NCBI GenBank assembly: GCA_963745035.1
Contig: CAVUVW010000008.1
Coordinates: forward strand, 1 to 64,000
DNA: 64,000 nt
Direction: 5' to 3'
Source: an uncultured delta proteobacterium
Lineage (GTDB): Bacteria > Desulfobacterota > Binatia > UBA9968
Part shown: positions 9,062 through 20,664 of the stretch, piece by piece
Numbering within the stretch: the stretch's first letter is position 1
Layout of the letters: each line of letters opens with the position of its first letter
Position numbers and translations under genes: made by a program
Notes under the pieces: model-generated
The model's database searches: none
What the model was told of the DNA's origin: nothing
Seen by the model: the letters and a program-made list of their open reading frames with translations, nothing else

Positions 9062-10088
9062 ATGAAACGCAGCACGATCGCCTTTGCTCTTAAAGTATTT
9101 TTGCTCCTGGTGTTTACGCCGCTGATCGCGATCCCGACAAGCCGCGCGGCCCAAGAGCCTGATCTCAAGCCGGAGAAATCCCGGCTGGAAGTGGCGATTG
9201 CGGCCACCGGCCCACTCTATCTTCCCGTGCTTCTCGCCAATGAAGCAGGTTACTTCAGCAAGCGGGGCCTCACGGTCAATCTCACCACCTTGAGCGCCAC
9301 CGCCTCGGCTCAGGCGCTCCTCTCCGGACAAGTGGATATCTATCAGGGCGGCACGGCGACCATCCACGCCAACGTCGGCGGCTCGGATTTGATCTACATC
9401 GCCGCTTCGGTAGATCGCAGCACGCTCGTGTTGTTCGGGCAAAAAAGCTTGACCTCGTTCGACGGCCTGCGCGGCAAGTCGGTGGCGACGACCTCGGTCG
9501 GCGCCTTCGGCGAGATCGCCATGCGCAAGACCGCCAAAGAGCGCGGCATGGAGATCGGCAAGGACATCAAGCTCCTCTACCACAAGGGTCCGCCGGACGC
9601 GCTGTCTACGTTTCTCAGTCGGCAACGCGGACGGCGTGATTATCACGCCGCCGCAGACCGACATGGCGCGCAGCAAAGGGTTTCCGGTGATCGTCGATTT
9701 CTACGAAAAGGGCCTGAAAATCATCGGCCCTGGCACCGGCGTCGCGCGCGTCTTCGTGCAGAAAAATCCCAACACTCTGAAAATTTTTTTGATGGGCTAC
9801 CTCGACGGCGTCAAGCGCAGCCTCGACGATCCCGCTTACGCGTTAAAGATCCTCAGCCACACCAGCAAAATAACGGACAGTAAACTTCTCGAGGACAGCT
9901 ATCGAGAAGGCGTGAAGGTCTGGAACAAGGACATGACCGTCGATCCTGAAGCAATCAAACTCGTGCTCGAACAATCGACGGTGCCGAAAGCCGCCGAGCT
10001 CGATCCCAAACGCTTCTACGACAACACGCTGATTCGAGAGGTCAATCGCGATTACGCATCCAAGCTATTTCCGGGCCAGGTGAAATGA
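9062..10088 (+). CDS. ABC substrate-binding protein, NitT/TauT/SsuA family (frameshift near 9620)
   Basis: ORF 9062-9883 (LA.EAGYFSKRGL) continues in ORF 9636-10088 (KNPNT...FYDNTLI). Confidence 0.75.
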
Positions 10089-10161
10089 TCTGGGAGCGGT
10101 CTACGAATTTCCCCTGAGGTCTCCCTGCTCATTGGCGTGCACCGAACGGCTTGATCCGAGA

Positions 10162-10192
10162 TGTAGGGGCGGGTTTCAAACCCGCCCCTACA
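10162..10192. repeat. REP palindrome GTAGGGGCGGGTTTCAAACCCGCCCCTAC (GTAG-type)
   Basis: Perfect hairpin; near-identical copy at 63079-63107, relative at 29460-29488. Confidence 0.75.
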
Positions 10193-10239
10193 CCGATCCA
10201 GAGCCCGCCAGGAGAGCCTGCCACTCTCGTTTCCACGTA

Positions 10240-11886
10240 CTAATTCATCAGCCGCATTTTGTGTGCCTTCTCTACATAATACTCGCCTACTTTCGCCGGC
10301 AAGAGCCCCTGCTTGACCAACTTCGCGGCCGCGTTCTTCACGCAGTTGTGATACGCGCTCGGCGTCATTTTTTGTCCCGCTTTTAACAATCCGAGTCTCT
10401 GCCAGGCCTGCGCTACTGTTTCCCGTTTATCGCGCGCGCCGTTGCCGTTCATGTCAACGTACGTCCCTCGGCCGTCCAGCGGCTCCAGGTTGGCGCCGTC
10501 GAAGGCCGCGAAAGCGGTCTCCTGTCCGCCGCGCCTCCCCGGATCCACCTGCGGCGGGTACGCGAAGTAGACTCCCACGGGGCAGGCAATCTCCGGTAAC
10601 GCCACCGCCCCATTCGCATTCGAACCCGCACTGTTTTTGACGACCAAGTCCGATACATCGGCTTTGCTGGGCGTCGGAGCAATATTTTTCTCGACCCACT
10701 CGTCGAGCCGATCGATGAGCGCGTCAAAGATCCCGCCGAGATCGAGGGTTTGGTTGACCAGGTCGGGGCGGGAAATTTGTCCGGCGTCAAAATGGCTCAC
10801 GCCGCGGATTTCATAGACGCGATGCTTGCCGCCGAGCCCTTTCTCGCGCAGCAGCCGCGCGTTCTCGCGCTTGTTCTGAATAAAATCTCCCGTGTCGCCG
10901 GCGTACAGCATGTGCGTGATGTCGATTTGCTTGGCGAAGCGACGGCGGTCGTCGTCGGTTGTGAACAGCGAATCTTTGTTGTCGACGACCAGCTTCGGTA
11001 GCCAAAGCCCGCTGCCGGCGTCATCGATCAAAAATCCTTCAAAGAACGCTTTGCCGTCGGCATCGACGTTTGCGCCCGGCTGATAGTTGATCTGCCGGCC
11101 CAGGAAGCCGCCGGCGGAATGACCGTAAAAATAATTTCGCGCCGGCCGACCGCCGATCCGTTTGCTGATCATGTTTCGCGCCAGTTGCCCCCACGAGAGG
11201 ATCAAGCCGGCGTGCGAGCTGAGATTGTAATTGGCGAGCTTGGCGCCGTCTTCCAGCGTGATCGTGACATCGCCGCGCAGCCGGTCCGAAGAGCGCATCG
11301 TGTGCGCGACGGCGTAGCCTTTGTCGATCATCAGGCCGACGTAACGGTTGATGCCCGCAAGCGGGTTGAACTTGTTATTCGGGTCGCGCGGGATGAGCGC
11401 GCCGATGGCGCCGTACGAACCCGCCCCATGGGCGGTCAGGAAGAACTTACCATTCCAATGCCGCGCATCCTCGGGATAAAAAATCGTCATGCCGTGGCCG
11501 GTGGACGCTTCATATCTGCCGACACCGCGCGAGCGCGGACCGGTGAGATTGGACTGCGTCAACACGAAATCGGGGCCATCGCTGAAGTAGATGGCGCGCG
11601 AACCCTTCTCACGCGATGCCCAACCTTCGACCCCACCGCTGAGCCGCACTTCGACCCGGCGAAACTTGTGACCGTGGATATTGAAGACGGTTTCCTCGGA
11701 AAGGATATGACACTGCTCGATTCCGACGACTTGTCCCAGGATTTCCTTTGTCGGTTGCGCGAACTCGTTGCACGGCGCCGCATCCTTGATTGCTTTAGCC
11801 GATTTTCCACCTTCTTGAGCGCGTGCCGGCGAGCTCGTGAGCAAGACCAGAAAGACTATGCATGATAATTTCGCCACGATGAGCAT
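10240..11886 (-). CDS. Secreted alpha/beta-hydrolase domain protein
   Basis: Signal peptide; WNGK..HG motif, GHSAGG nucleophile elbow, YEIRGVSH; Ca-binding-like DMNGNG near the C-terminus. Confidence 0.7.
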   Translation of the reverse strand: MLIVAKLSCIVFLVLLTSSPARAQEGGKSAKAIKDAAPCNEFAQPTKEILGQVVGIEQCHILSEETVFNIHGHKFRRVEVRLSGGVEGWASREKGSRAIYFSDGPDFVLTQSNLTGPRSRGVGRYEASTGHGMTIFYPEDARHWNGKFFLTAHGAGSYGAIGALIPRDPNNKFNPLAGINRYVGLMIDKGYAVAHTMRSSDRLRGDVTITLEDGAKLANYNLSSHAGLILSWGQLARNMISKRIGGRPARNYFYGHSAGGFLGRQINYQPGANVDADGKAFFEGFLIDDAGSGLWLPKLVVDNKDSLFTTDDDRRRFAKQIDITHMLYAGDTGDFIQNKRENARLLREKGLGGKHRVYEIRGVSHFDAGQISRPDLVNQTLDLGGIFDALIDRLDEWVEKNIAPTPSKADVSDLVVKNSAGSNANGAVALPEIACPVGVYFAYPPQVDPGRRGGQETAFAAFDGANLEPLDGRGTYVDMNGNGARDKRETVAQAWQRLGLLKAGQKMTPSAYHNCVKNAAAKLVKQGLLPAKVGEYYVEKAHKMRLMN

Positions 11887-12103
11887 AATCGATCCCTCCT
11901 TAGGCGAAACTAGTCCGCGAGAACGAGAAATTGTCAATCCACAACTGTTTTGGCGATGACCATAGATCGCCCTGGATTGTCGTTTCGAGGGAACCGAGAA
12001 ATCTCTCTTCAGCCTAATACTGGTTTAGCCCGCTTCCCTTGAGAAATCTCTCTCGTTTCTGCTAGTGATGGAGAGCATCCATACTTCAAGCCAGGAGTTT
12101 ATC

Positions 12104-13186
12104 ATGCGCATTATCGATGCCGACGGCCACGTATTGGAAAGAGACATCCCCTGGGCTGATCTCATCGATCCTCCGTATCGTTCACGCGCACCGCGCGTGA
12201 CGCAGGATAATCGCGGTTTCAACTTCGTCATGATCGATGGAAAATTGACGCCCAAGCCGGTCGGCAAAGCATGCAGCTTCGTCGGCGCGCCGCGCAGCCA
12301 CCATCCGCAGCAGACCACCGGCATGGTCGATCCCAAGCAGCGTCTAAAAGACATGGATCTGGAAGGCATCGACACAGCAGTGCTGTTCGGCACTTCGCCT
12401 TTTCTGAGCCTGCCGTTCGTCGAAGACAAGGATCTCGCCTGCGCCGTCGCGCGCGTCTACAACAACTGGCTCGCGGAGTATTGCAAAGCGGACCCGCGCC
12501 GGCTCAAGGGCGTCGCAGCAGTCGCCATTCAAGACCCGGTCGAATCGGTCAAAGAACTGCGCCGCGCTATCGAAGATCTCAAATTTGTCGCCGTCGCCTG
12601 TCCGCCGATATCGGCGTCGCGCAAAAATCTCGACGATCCCGATCTCTTTCCATTTTTCGCCGAGGCGGAACGCCTCGGCATCCCGGTTTGCATTCACGTC
12701 GGCGCCGGCGACGGAGTGCCCGCCGCCACCGAGCGCTTCGATCATCCTTTTTTCACCCACGCCATGGCGCATCCGTTCGAGCAGATGATCGCTTCGCTCT
12801 GCGTGGTTGCCGGCGGCATGCTCGAAAGATTTCCACGGCTGAAGTTCGCCTTCATGGAAGCGGGCTGCGGCTGGGTGCCCTATTGGATGGAGCGGCTCGA
12901 CGAGCACTACGAAATCCTCCAGCCGACCGTGCCTTACCTCACCAAGCCGCCGAGCGAGTACATGAAGAGCGGCCAAATGTTCTACGCCTTCGAGATGGAA
13001 GAGAAAATGCTGCCCTACGTCGCCGAGTTCGTCGGCGCGGATCGACTCGTGTTCGCCACCGACTATAACCACAGCGACTCGAAATTTCCCCACACCGTCG
13101 AGGAAGTGATGGAGCGAAACGATCTTTCCGACACGCTCAAAGCGAAGATCATGGGTGAGAACGCCGCGCGTCTTTACAGCCTGTAG
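12104..13186 (+). CDS. Amidohydrolase_2 family protein
   Basis: IIDADGH, DMDLEGID, YNNWLAEYC, IPVCIH, FMEAGCGW, FATDYNH. Confidence 0.92.
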   Translation: MRIIDADGHVLERDIPWADLIDPPYRSRAPRVTQDNRGFNFVMIDGKLTPKPVGKACSFVGAPRSHHPQQTTGMVDPKQRLKDMDLEGIDTAVLFGTSPFLSLPFVEDKDLACAVARVYNNWLAEYCKADPRRLKGVAAVAIQDPVESVKELRRAIEDLKFVAVACPPISASRKNLDDPDLFPFFAEAERLGIPVCIHVGAGDGVPAATERFDHPFFTHAMAHPFEQMIASLCVVAGGMLERFPRLKFAFMEAGCGWVPYWMERLDEHYEILQPTVPYLTKPPSEYMKSGQMFYAFEMEEKMLPYVAEFVGADRLVFATDYNHSDSKFPHTVEEVMERNDLSDTLKAKIMGENAARLYSL

Positions 13187-13397
13187 CATCTCTCGCAACT
13201 TTCCGTCAGCACCGTAAGCAGACATTCGCTGCTCCACCTCCTGCAGTTCCGAGTTAACCGCGGAGTAACGCCGCGGCTCGCCGTACGTCAAAGCTAGAGA
13301 GCCATGACAAGGTTCTTATCCGCAGAATAGCTTGATAAAACAGCCAATAAGACATGGAAAAAGCTAGCCTTCTGATTTCCACCGATGGAGAGCATAT

Positions 13398-14024
13398 ATG
13401 AAGAAGTTTCTCGGCATATTCGTTCTTTTCGCTGCTTCGGTTTTCGCCGGTTGTCCCGCATTGGAGCAACTCGGCGGTCCCGGTGGCTTAGGTGGCTACG
13501 GCGGAACCGGAACCAATGGCAACGACGTCATCGGCGAAGTGGAGTACGTCGATCCGCGATCGCGCGAAATCGAAGTCCAGACGGACCGCGGCAGAACCGC
13601 CATTGTGCGCTACGACGACCGCACACAGGTGATCTATCGCCAGCGCAACTACTCTGTCTCAAATTTGGAACGGGGCGACTATATTGTCGCGCGGGTTCGG
13701 CAAGACCGCGATGGCCGGGATTACACCGATACGATCACGGTAAGAGAAAGCGTGCAGGATCGCAGCGGACGTGGCAGTGGCGGCAGCGGAGGGAGCGTTA
13801 GCAGCCGATTCGACCGGGTCGACGGTCGGGTCGAATACGTCGATGCGAGGCGCGGAACTTTCGAGCTGCGCGACTCGCGCAACCGGACAATTGTAGTGTC
13901 GGTTCCATTTAACGCGCCGCGCCAGGTGATGGACCGGTTCAATCGGTTGCGCGAAGGTGATTCTGTAGCAATCGAGGGACGCTCCGCGGGCAATGACCGT
14001 TTCGAACTCGAAAACTTTCTCTAG
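13398..14024 (+). CDS. Putative lipoprotein with two OB-fold-like repeats (DUF5666-like)
   Basis: Lipobox FAGC; repeats GEVEYVD...LERGDYI / GRVEYVD...LREGDSV separated by a Gly/Ser linker. Confidence 0.65.
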   Translation: MKKFLGIFVLFAASVFAGCPALEQLGGPGGLGGYGGTGTNGNDVIGEVEYVDPRSREIEVQTDRGRTAIVRYDDRTQVIYRQRNYSVSNLERGDYIVARVRQDRDGRDYTDTITVRESVQDRSGRGSGGSGGSVSSRFDRVDGRVEYVDARRGTFELRDSRNRTIVVSVPFNAPRQVMDRFNRLREGDSVAIEGRSAGNDRFELENFL

Positions 14025-14087
14025 AGCGGAAAGACCTGCCCGGCCAATCAAAGAAGGGAAAGTTTTGCGTCTCCCAGGCACCAGATC

Positions 14088-14212
14088 GCAGGCTGCTCAA
14101 AAAGGTTCAGAGGCGAGACGCGCGAAGATCGAGAAGCGAAGGCGTACTCTTGTACGTTGACGCGCAATCGGTCGAGTGCAACGAAGCATATGAGGCTTTT
14201 TCAGCAGCCTGC
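14088..14212. mobile_element. MITE-like element (125 bp) with 17-bp terminal inverted repeats
   Basis: GCAGGCTGCTCAAAAAG / CTTTTTCAGCAGCCTGC (1 mismatch), non-coding interior, between convergent genes. Confidence 0.6.
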
Positions 14213-14213
14213 T

Positions 14214-15836
14214 TTAGTGCAGTATCTGCTTGAAGAAATCGTTGCCCTTGTCGTCAACAAGAATAAACGCCGGAAAATCTTCCACCTCGATCTTCCAAAT
14301 CGCTTCCATTCCCAGCTCGGGATATTCCAGCACTTCCACTTTCTTGATGTTCTCCTTGGCAAGAATCGCCGCCGGTCCGCCGATGGAGCCGAGATAGAAA
14401 CCGCCGTATTTCTTGCAGGCGTCGGTGACCTGCTGGCTGCGATTGCCTTTAGCCAGACTGATCAGCGAGGCGCCATGCGACTGGAACAGGTCTACGTAGG
14501 AGTCCATGCGTCCGGCAGTGGTCGGGCCGAAGGAGCCTGACGGCATCCCATCCGGCGTCTTCGCCGGGCCGGCGTAATAAATTGGATGGTCTTTGGCGTA
14601 TTGCGGCAGCCCCTCGCCGCGATCCAATCGCTCCTTGAGTTTCGCGTGCGCGATATCGCGCGCGACGATCATCGTGCCGGTCAATGAAAGCTGTGTCGTC
14701 ACGGGATATTTGCTGAGCTGCGCGAGAATTTCCGTCATCGGCCGATTGAGATCCACTTTGACGACATTGCCTTCCACTTTGCCCCGATACTCTTCCGGAA
14801 TCAGCCGTCCCGGATCGCGCTCCAACTCTTCGAGCCACACGCCGTCTTTATTGATCTTCGCTTTGGCGTTGCGATCGGCCGAGCAGGAAACGCCCATGCC
14901 CACCGGACACGACGCGCCGTGGCGCGGCAAGCGAATGATGCGCACGTCCAGGGCGAAATATTTTCCTCCGAACTGCGCGCCGTAGCCGGCTTTATAGGCC
15001 TGCTCGAGCATCTTGTTTTCCAATTCGACATCGCGGAACGCCCGACCATGCGCGTTGCCCGTCGTCGGTAGATGATCGAGATAACCCGTGGTAGCGAGCT
15101 TGACAGTCTTCAAACAAGCCTCCGCCGACGTGCCGCCGATCACGAACGCGAGGTGGTACGGCGGGCAGCCGGCGGTGCCCAAGGTCTTCATCTTCTCCGT
15201 TAGGAATTTTTCTAAACTTGGCGGATTCAATAGCGCTTTTGTCTCCTGGTAGAGCATGGTTTTGTTCGCCGAGCCGCCCCCCTTGGTCACGAACAGGAAC
15301 TGATATTCCATGCCGTCGGTGGCCATGATATCGATCTGCGCCGGCAGATTGGTTCCGGTGTCCACTTCGTCGAACATGTTGAGCGGCGCGGTCTGCGAAT
15401 AGCGCAGATTTTCTTCCGTGTAGGTTTTATAAACGCCCTTCGCCAGATGTTCCTCGTCTTTAACGCCTGTCCAAACTTGTTGCCCTTTTTTTCCAACGAT
15501 TGTCGCCGTGCCTGTATCCTGACAAAACGGCAAAATCCCCTTTGCCGCGGTGTCGGCATTGCGCAGCATCGCCAGCGCGACATAGCGGTCGTTTTGCGAA
15601 GCGTTGGGATCTTTGAGAATCGCCGCGACTTTTTCCAGGTGGGCCGTGCGCAGCAGAAACGACACATCGCGGATCGCGACGTTGGCAAGCAAGGTCAAAG
15701 CTTGCGGATCGACTTTGAGAATATCCTTGCCTTCGAACTTCGTCGTAGACACGAAGTCTTTGGTCAGAAGCCGGTATTTTGTCGTATCTTTTTCAACCGG
15801 CAGCGGCTCTTGATAAAAAAATTCTGGCGTCGCCAT
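14214..15836 (-). CDS. fumA: Fumarate hydratase, class I (Fe-S)
   Basis: [61 protein letters not shown]. Confidence 0.95.
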   Translation of the reverse strand: MATPEFFYQEPLPVEKDTTKYRLLTKDFVSTTKFEGKDILKVDPQALTLLANVAIRDVSFLLRTAHLEKVAAILKDPNASQNDRYVALAMLRNADTAAKGILPFCQDTGTATIVGKKGQQVWTGVKDEEHLAKGVYKTYTEENLRYSQTAPLNMFDEVDTGTNLPAQIDIMATDGMEYQFLFVTKGGGSANKTMLYQETKALLNPPSLEKFLTEKMKTLGTAGCPPYHLAFVIGGTSAEACLKTVKLATTGYLDHLPTTGNAHGRAFRDVELENKMLEQAYKAGYGAQFGGKYFALDVRIIRLPRHGASCPVGMGVSCSADRNAKAKINKDGVWLEELERDPGRLIPEEYRGKVEGNVVKVDLNRPMTEILAQLSKYPVTTQLSLTGTMIVARDIAHAKLKERLDRGEGLPQYAKDHPIYYAGPAKTPDGMPSGSFGPTTAGRMDSYVDLFQSHGASLISLAKGNRSQQVTDACKKYGGFYLGSIGGPAAILAKENIKKVEVLEYPELGMEAIWKIEVEDFPAFILVDDKGNDFFKQILH

Positions 15837-16083
15837 ACCATTCACCTCACTGGCTGAATCCTAAAGGAATTTTCCGATTTTGTCGACGCGCTGCGTAGTG
15901 ATGTCGCAATGAATGAAATCGAGCATCCCGCAACCGAAGAACCTGGCAGGAACATACCGTCATCTCGAACGCTGTGAGAAATCATTTCCCCTTCCCTCCT
16001 GTCCTCATTCTCGCCTCACGGCTCATGCCTTCCGCCGTTGACAGACCGCCTTCAACTCCTCTACTTTCCAAGGCGGAGGGCCT

Positions 16084-17067
16084 ATGAATCTACCGCTGCT
16101 CGCTCTGTTTTTTCTCTTCACCGCCGCTGCTTCGGCCGCGGCGCAAACCCACGAACAACTTGTCGCCGGTGCCAAAAAGGAGGGCAAGCTCCTGATCTAC
16201 GCCTCGGCGACCGCGCCGCAGCTGCAAATGTATTTCGCTACATTCAACAAGCGTTATCCGTTCATCAAAACCGAATTCTTTCGCACCGGGAAGCAAGCCC
16301 TCGTCAACAAGATCCTGATCGAAGACAAGGCCAAGCAGCGCCTTGCCGACGTGGTGCACACGAGCGTCATCGAAACTAATATTTTGAAGAAGCGCGGCGC
16401 TCTCAGCCGTTACGTGCCAATGGAGGCCTCGTCCTTGCCTAGCGAGTACAAAGATCCGGACGGCATTTGGACTTCGGCCTACGTGAGCGGAACTTTGTTG
16501 GGGTTTAATTCAAAGCAGGTCAAGCGCGCCGACGCTCCAAAAACCTACGACGAGCTTTTGAACCCGCGCTGGCGCAATGGCATCGGCATGGATTCCAACA
16601 AGATCGAGTGGTTCGCCATGCTGCTCAAGCTCAAAGGCCGGCCATTCATGGAAAAACTCGCCGCGCTGAATCCGAGCGTGCGCTCCGGCAACACTCTGGT
16701 GCTGCAACTGCTTTCGGCCGGCGAGTTTCCTATCTCGGCGGGGGTTTACGAATATTCCGTCGAGGACATGAAGACGAAAGGCGCGCCGGTCGATTGGATC
16801 GGGCTTGAGCCGGTGATCACGTATACCGTCGCTGTCTCCTTGCCCTCGCAGCCGAACAATCCCAACTCGGCAAAACTATTCATCGAGTGGCTGCTCTCCA
16901 AGGAAGGTCAAGAAGTCGTCAACCGATACGGCCGCGTGCCGATCCGCGACGATGTCGAATCCAAGTACGGCAAGATTCTCAAACAGCACAAACTGCTGAT
17001 GACCGACGTCGACCTGGGTCAGAAGGAAGTTGAGATCAACGAAACTTTCCGCAAACTGTTCCACTGA
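16084..17067 (+). CDS. ABC substrate-binding protein, Fe3+/thiamine (AfuA-like) family
   Basis: Signal peptide; GAKKEGKL, PKTYDELLNPRW, PNSAKLFIEWLLSKEGQ; TTGACA-N18-TACTTT upstream (16038-16067). Confidence 0.85.
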   Translation: MNLPLLALFFLFTAAASAAAQTHEQLVAGAKKEGKLLIYASATAPQLQMYFATFNKRYPFIKTEFFRTGKQALVNKILIEDKAKQRLADVVHTSVIETNILKKRGALSRYVPMEASSLPSEYKDPDGIWTSAYVSGTLLGFNSKQVKRADAPKTYDELLNPRWRNGIGMDSNKIEWFAMLLKLKGRPFMEKLAALNPSVRSGNTLVLQLLSAGEFPISAGVYEYSVEDMKTKGAPVDWIGLEPVITYTVAVSLPSQPNNPNSAKLFIEWLLSKEGQEVVNRYGRVPIRDDVESKYGKILKQHKLLMTDVDLGQKEVEINETFRKLFH

Positions 17068-17217
17068 GAGATCATTCTCCCGCAAAGGCCTACGGCAAAG
17101 GCAAAAGGCCGAACTTGGCGCCTTTGCGCCTTGGCGGGAGATAATCCCCATATAGTATTTACTGACTTTGCGCCCTTTGCGTTCTCTGCGGTAAATTCTC
17201 TTAAGGAGTCCCCGCCA

Positions 17218-19610
17218 ATCGGAACCGAGCAGATTCACACCTACTGCGCCATGTGCACGTCGCGCTGCGGCGTCCTGGCCACCGTTCAAGATGGCGTACT
17301 GAAGCAAGTCAACGCCGATCCCGATCATCCCAACGGCTGCATTTGCGTCAAAGGGACCGCTGCCCCGGAAATCGTTTATTCGTCCGATCGCCTGCTCTAT
17401 CCGATGGTGCGGACAAGGCCGAAAGGCGATCCCGACCCCGGTTGGGTTCGCGTCACCTGGGATCAAGCTCTGAATCTGACGGCCATGCGCCTCGACGACA
17501 TCAAGGCGAACTACGGCGCCGAAGCGGTGGTGTTTTCCCGTGCGACAACGGCGGGCAGCGCAGCCATCGATTACGACGGCTGGCTGCAGCGCTTGGCCAA
17601 CGCCTTCGGCAGTCCCAATTTTCTTACTTCGAATCACATCTGCACGTGGAATCGCCGCGTCGGGTCCAAATACACCTACGGCACCGGTATGCCGCTGCCG
17701 GATTTCGACAATACCCAATGCATGCTGATCTGGGGCATCAATCCTCCCGCCACGTCGCCGGCCCAAGCCCTTCGCATCAATCGCGCGAGAAATCGCGGCG
17801 CCAGGCTGATCGTGATCGATCCGCGCAAGACGATTTTGGCGGCGAAAGCCGATTGCTGGCTGCGGGTTCGTCCAGGCGCCGACGGCGAGCTGGCGATGGC
17901 GATGATTCACGTGCTGCTCGAAGAGAATCTCTTCGACGCGGCATTCGCGCGCCGCTGGACGAACAGTCCCTTCCTGGTTCGCTGCGATAACGATCGCCTG
18001 CTCACGGAAGCCGATCTCACATCGGCAGGCAACGAAGACGCCTACATGGTTTGGGATCAGCAAAACGATGCGCCCAGCGCTGATCCACAGAGCGCAGCTC
18101 TCTTCGGTACTTTTAATGTGACGCTCCGCGACGGCACGGTGGTGACGTGCCGGCCGGCCTTGCAGATGCTCAAAGATGCTGCCGCTCTGTACGCGCCGGA
18201 ACGGTCAGAAACCATCACAACGGTTCCTGCCGCGATGGTGCGAGCCGCTGTCCGACTGTTCGCTCGTGAAAAGCCCTCGAGCTACTGCACGTGGGTCGGG
18301 CTCGAACAAGACAACGACGCGATGCAAACCAATCGCGCGGTCTGTATTTTCTACGCGCTCACCGGCCAGTTCGACCAGCGCGGCAGCAATGTGATCTGTT
18401 CGCCACCACACCGACCAATCCGATCACTGGTCGCGAGCTACTGCCGAAGAGCCAAGCGGGCTCGCGCCTAGGAATCGATAAGCATCCGCTCGGGCCGCCC
18501 GCCGATCCCGGCCTGGTGCAACCGGCGCGAGTTTACGATGCAATCCTCACCGGCAAGCCTTACCCTATTAAAGCGATGGTATCGTTCGGCAGCGATCTCT
18601 TGCTCGGCCACGGCGATCCGCTGCGCGGCAAAGCGGCGCTGGAAGCGCTCGACTTTTACGTCCACGTCGACACGACGATCAATCCGAGCGCGACGTTCGC
18701 CGACTTGTTGCTGCCCGCGAGCACGTGCTGGGAACATGAAGCTTTGCTGCCGTTCTTCGAAATCGCCGAAGACACGATGAACTGGGCGCAGCTTCGCCCC
18801 GCCGTGGCAAAACCCGTCGGCGAATCGCGATCGGATATCGAGATTATTTTTGATTTGGCGAAGCGGCTGGGGTTAGCGGAAGAATTCTTCAACGGCGACA
18901 TTGACGCCGCATGGAATTATCAACTGGCGCCGTCCGGTATTTCCGTGCAGCAGCTCCGAGAACATCGGGTAGGATTGCCGTCGAACGCACAGACCCGCCA
19001 TCAAGAAATATGCCGAGATTGATGCGCGATACCGGTCGGCCCCGCGGCTTCAACACGCCGACCGGCAAGATCGAGATCTATTCATCGATCTTCGCGCACG
19101 CGGGATATCCGCCGCTACCGCAGTTCGAACCGCGTAAGCCGGACAACGATGTCCTATCCGCTCACGCTCACTTTTTTCCGAGACATCCATTTCTGCGACG
19201 AACAGCATCGCAACATCCCGCGCCTGCGCCGCGCCGTCCCTGAGCCGTTTCTAGAAATCCATCCGAGCGCCGCAGGTGCTCAGGAAATCAAAGACGGCGA
19301 CTGGATCTTTCTCGAAACCGCAAACGGCCGAGTAAGACTCAAAGCAAAGCTTAATGACTCACTTCACCCAAAGGTAGTCGCGACGGTGTACGGATGGTGG
19401 CAGGCTTGCCGAGAATTGAGCCTGAATGGACATGACCCGCTTAGTGAAGGCGGTGCCAATGCGAACCTTCTCATTTCCAACGCCGATATTGATCCAGTCA
19501 GCGCTTCAGTCGCGCATCGCGGTCAACGATGTCGGATTGTGAACGTTAACCCCGTCCTAAGTGCTACGGGATACAACAAGCCCGTCCGACCTGTCACCCG
19601 ATCGGATTAG
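17218..19610 (+). CDS. Molybdopterin-dependent oxidoreductase, DMSO reductase superfamily (several frameshifts; apparent ATC start)
   Basis: CAMCTSRC...CVKG 4Fe-4S motif, DRLLYPM, IVIDPR, ADLLLPA, TPTGKIE, LEIHP...IKDGDW; split over ORFs 17131, 18291, 18911, 19149. Confidence 0.8.
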
Positions 19611-19626
19611 GGATTACGTCGGGTCC

Positions 19627-20586
19627 TCAATTCAACGGCAGAAACAACTCCTCCACCGCCATCTTCTTCGTCATCAATCCCTGATCCAGCGAGTAGCCGA
19701 CGAAGCGCTCTAAGTTCGCGCGATTTTTTTCCAAGCCATGCGGCCAGGGATCGCCTAAGAGCTTTTCTTCTTCCTCGAAAGCCTGGCGGCCCCAGGCGAG
19801 CCAGGACCAGTTAGGGTCGTCGTAGAACTCGCGGCAGAGTCTCTTGGCTTCGCCAAAAGCTTTAAATAAGCTCTCGGCGGCTTCGGGATATTTTTTCAGC
19901 ACGTCGTCCTTGAACGCGACCACGTGCATGATCGGGAAAAAGCCGTTCTTTCTGTAGTAGCGCAGATCCTCGGCCTTCGGATCGGCAAAGAGTCGTCTGA
20001 TTTTTTTCGAGCCGCGCAGCACCGGTTTCGGCGGATGCGGCGTCATCATGGCGCTGATCTCGCCCCGCTCCAACATATCGCCGACGTTGGCGCTTTCCGG
20101 AAGCTGATCGATCTTTGCGCCCTTCTCCGGCTCGAATTCGACAGCTTCCTTTTTACTGAGCAGCCAGTGGATCTTGCGCCACGGCACGTCAAACTCGCTC
20201 TGCAGATCGCCCTTGGAGAGCGTCGCCAGCGTATTCTGAAAACTGTTCAAGCCGACTTTCTTGCCGATAAGATCCTTCGGCTCGTTGATGCCGGCGTCGA
20301 CGTTGATCCACATCTGCGAGTGACTGAACAGCCGTCGCGGGAAAACCGGAATCGCGGTAAACGGCATGCCGCGGCTTTTGGCCATCAAGTACGACGACAG
20401 CGACAACTCCGCCACGTCGAACTCGCCCTTTTGCAGCATGCGCTCATGGCGCTCCTCGCCGTCGCGCTGCCGGTCCGACTGGCCGACGATCAGCACATTC
20501 AGATCGATTCCCTCCGGTTGCACTGTGCCGTCGAAAAACGGCACGTGCCGGTCGTAATGCGACAAAGCGATGGTAAGTTTTGGCAT
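19627..20586 (-). CDS. 4,5-dihydroxyphthalate decarboxylase-like / SBP-fold protein without signal peptide
   Basis: LTIA...YDR..PFFDGTV.PEGIDL, FDVAELSLSSY, AIPVFP.R.F.H, FPIMH, DPWPHG..NR. Confidence 0.75.
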   Translation of the reverse strand: MPKLTIALSHYDRHVPFFDGTVQPEGIDLNVLIVGQSDRQRDGEERHERMLQKGEFDVAELSLSSYLMAKSRGMPFTAIPVFPRRLFSHSQMWINVDAGINEPKDLIGKKVGLNSFQNTLATLSKGDLQSEFDVPWRKIHWLLSKKEAVEFEPEKGAKIDQLPESANVGDMLERGEISAMMTPHPPKPVLRGSKKIRRLFADPKAEDLRYYRKNGFFPIMHVVAFKDDVLKKYPEAAESLFKAFGEAKRLCREFYDDPNWSWLAWGRQAFEEEEKLLGDPWPHGLEKNRANLERFVGYSLDQGLMTKKMAVEELFLPLN

Positions 20587-20664
20587 GGCCAATGGTCCTC
20601 CAAAAAATGTGAATTCGCCGGAGATACGCCGGCAATTAGAACTTTCCAAAGCAAGCTGCAACGC

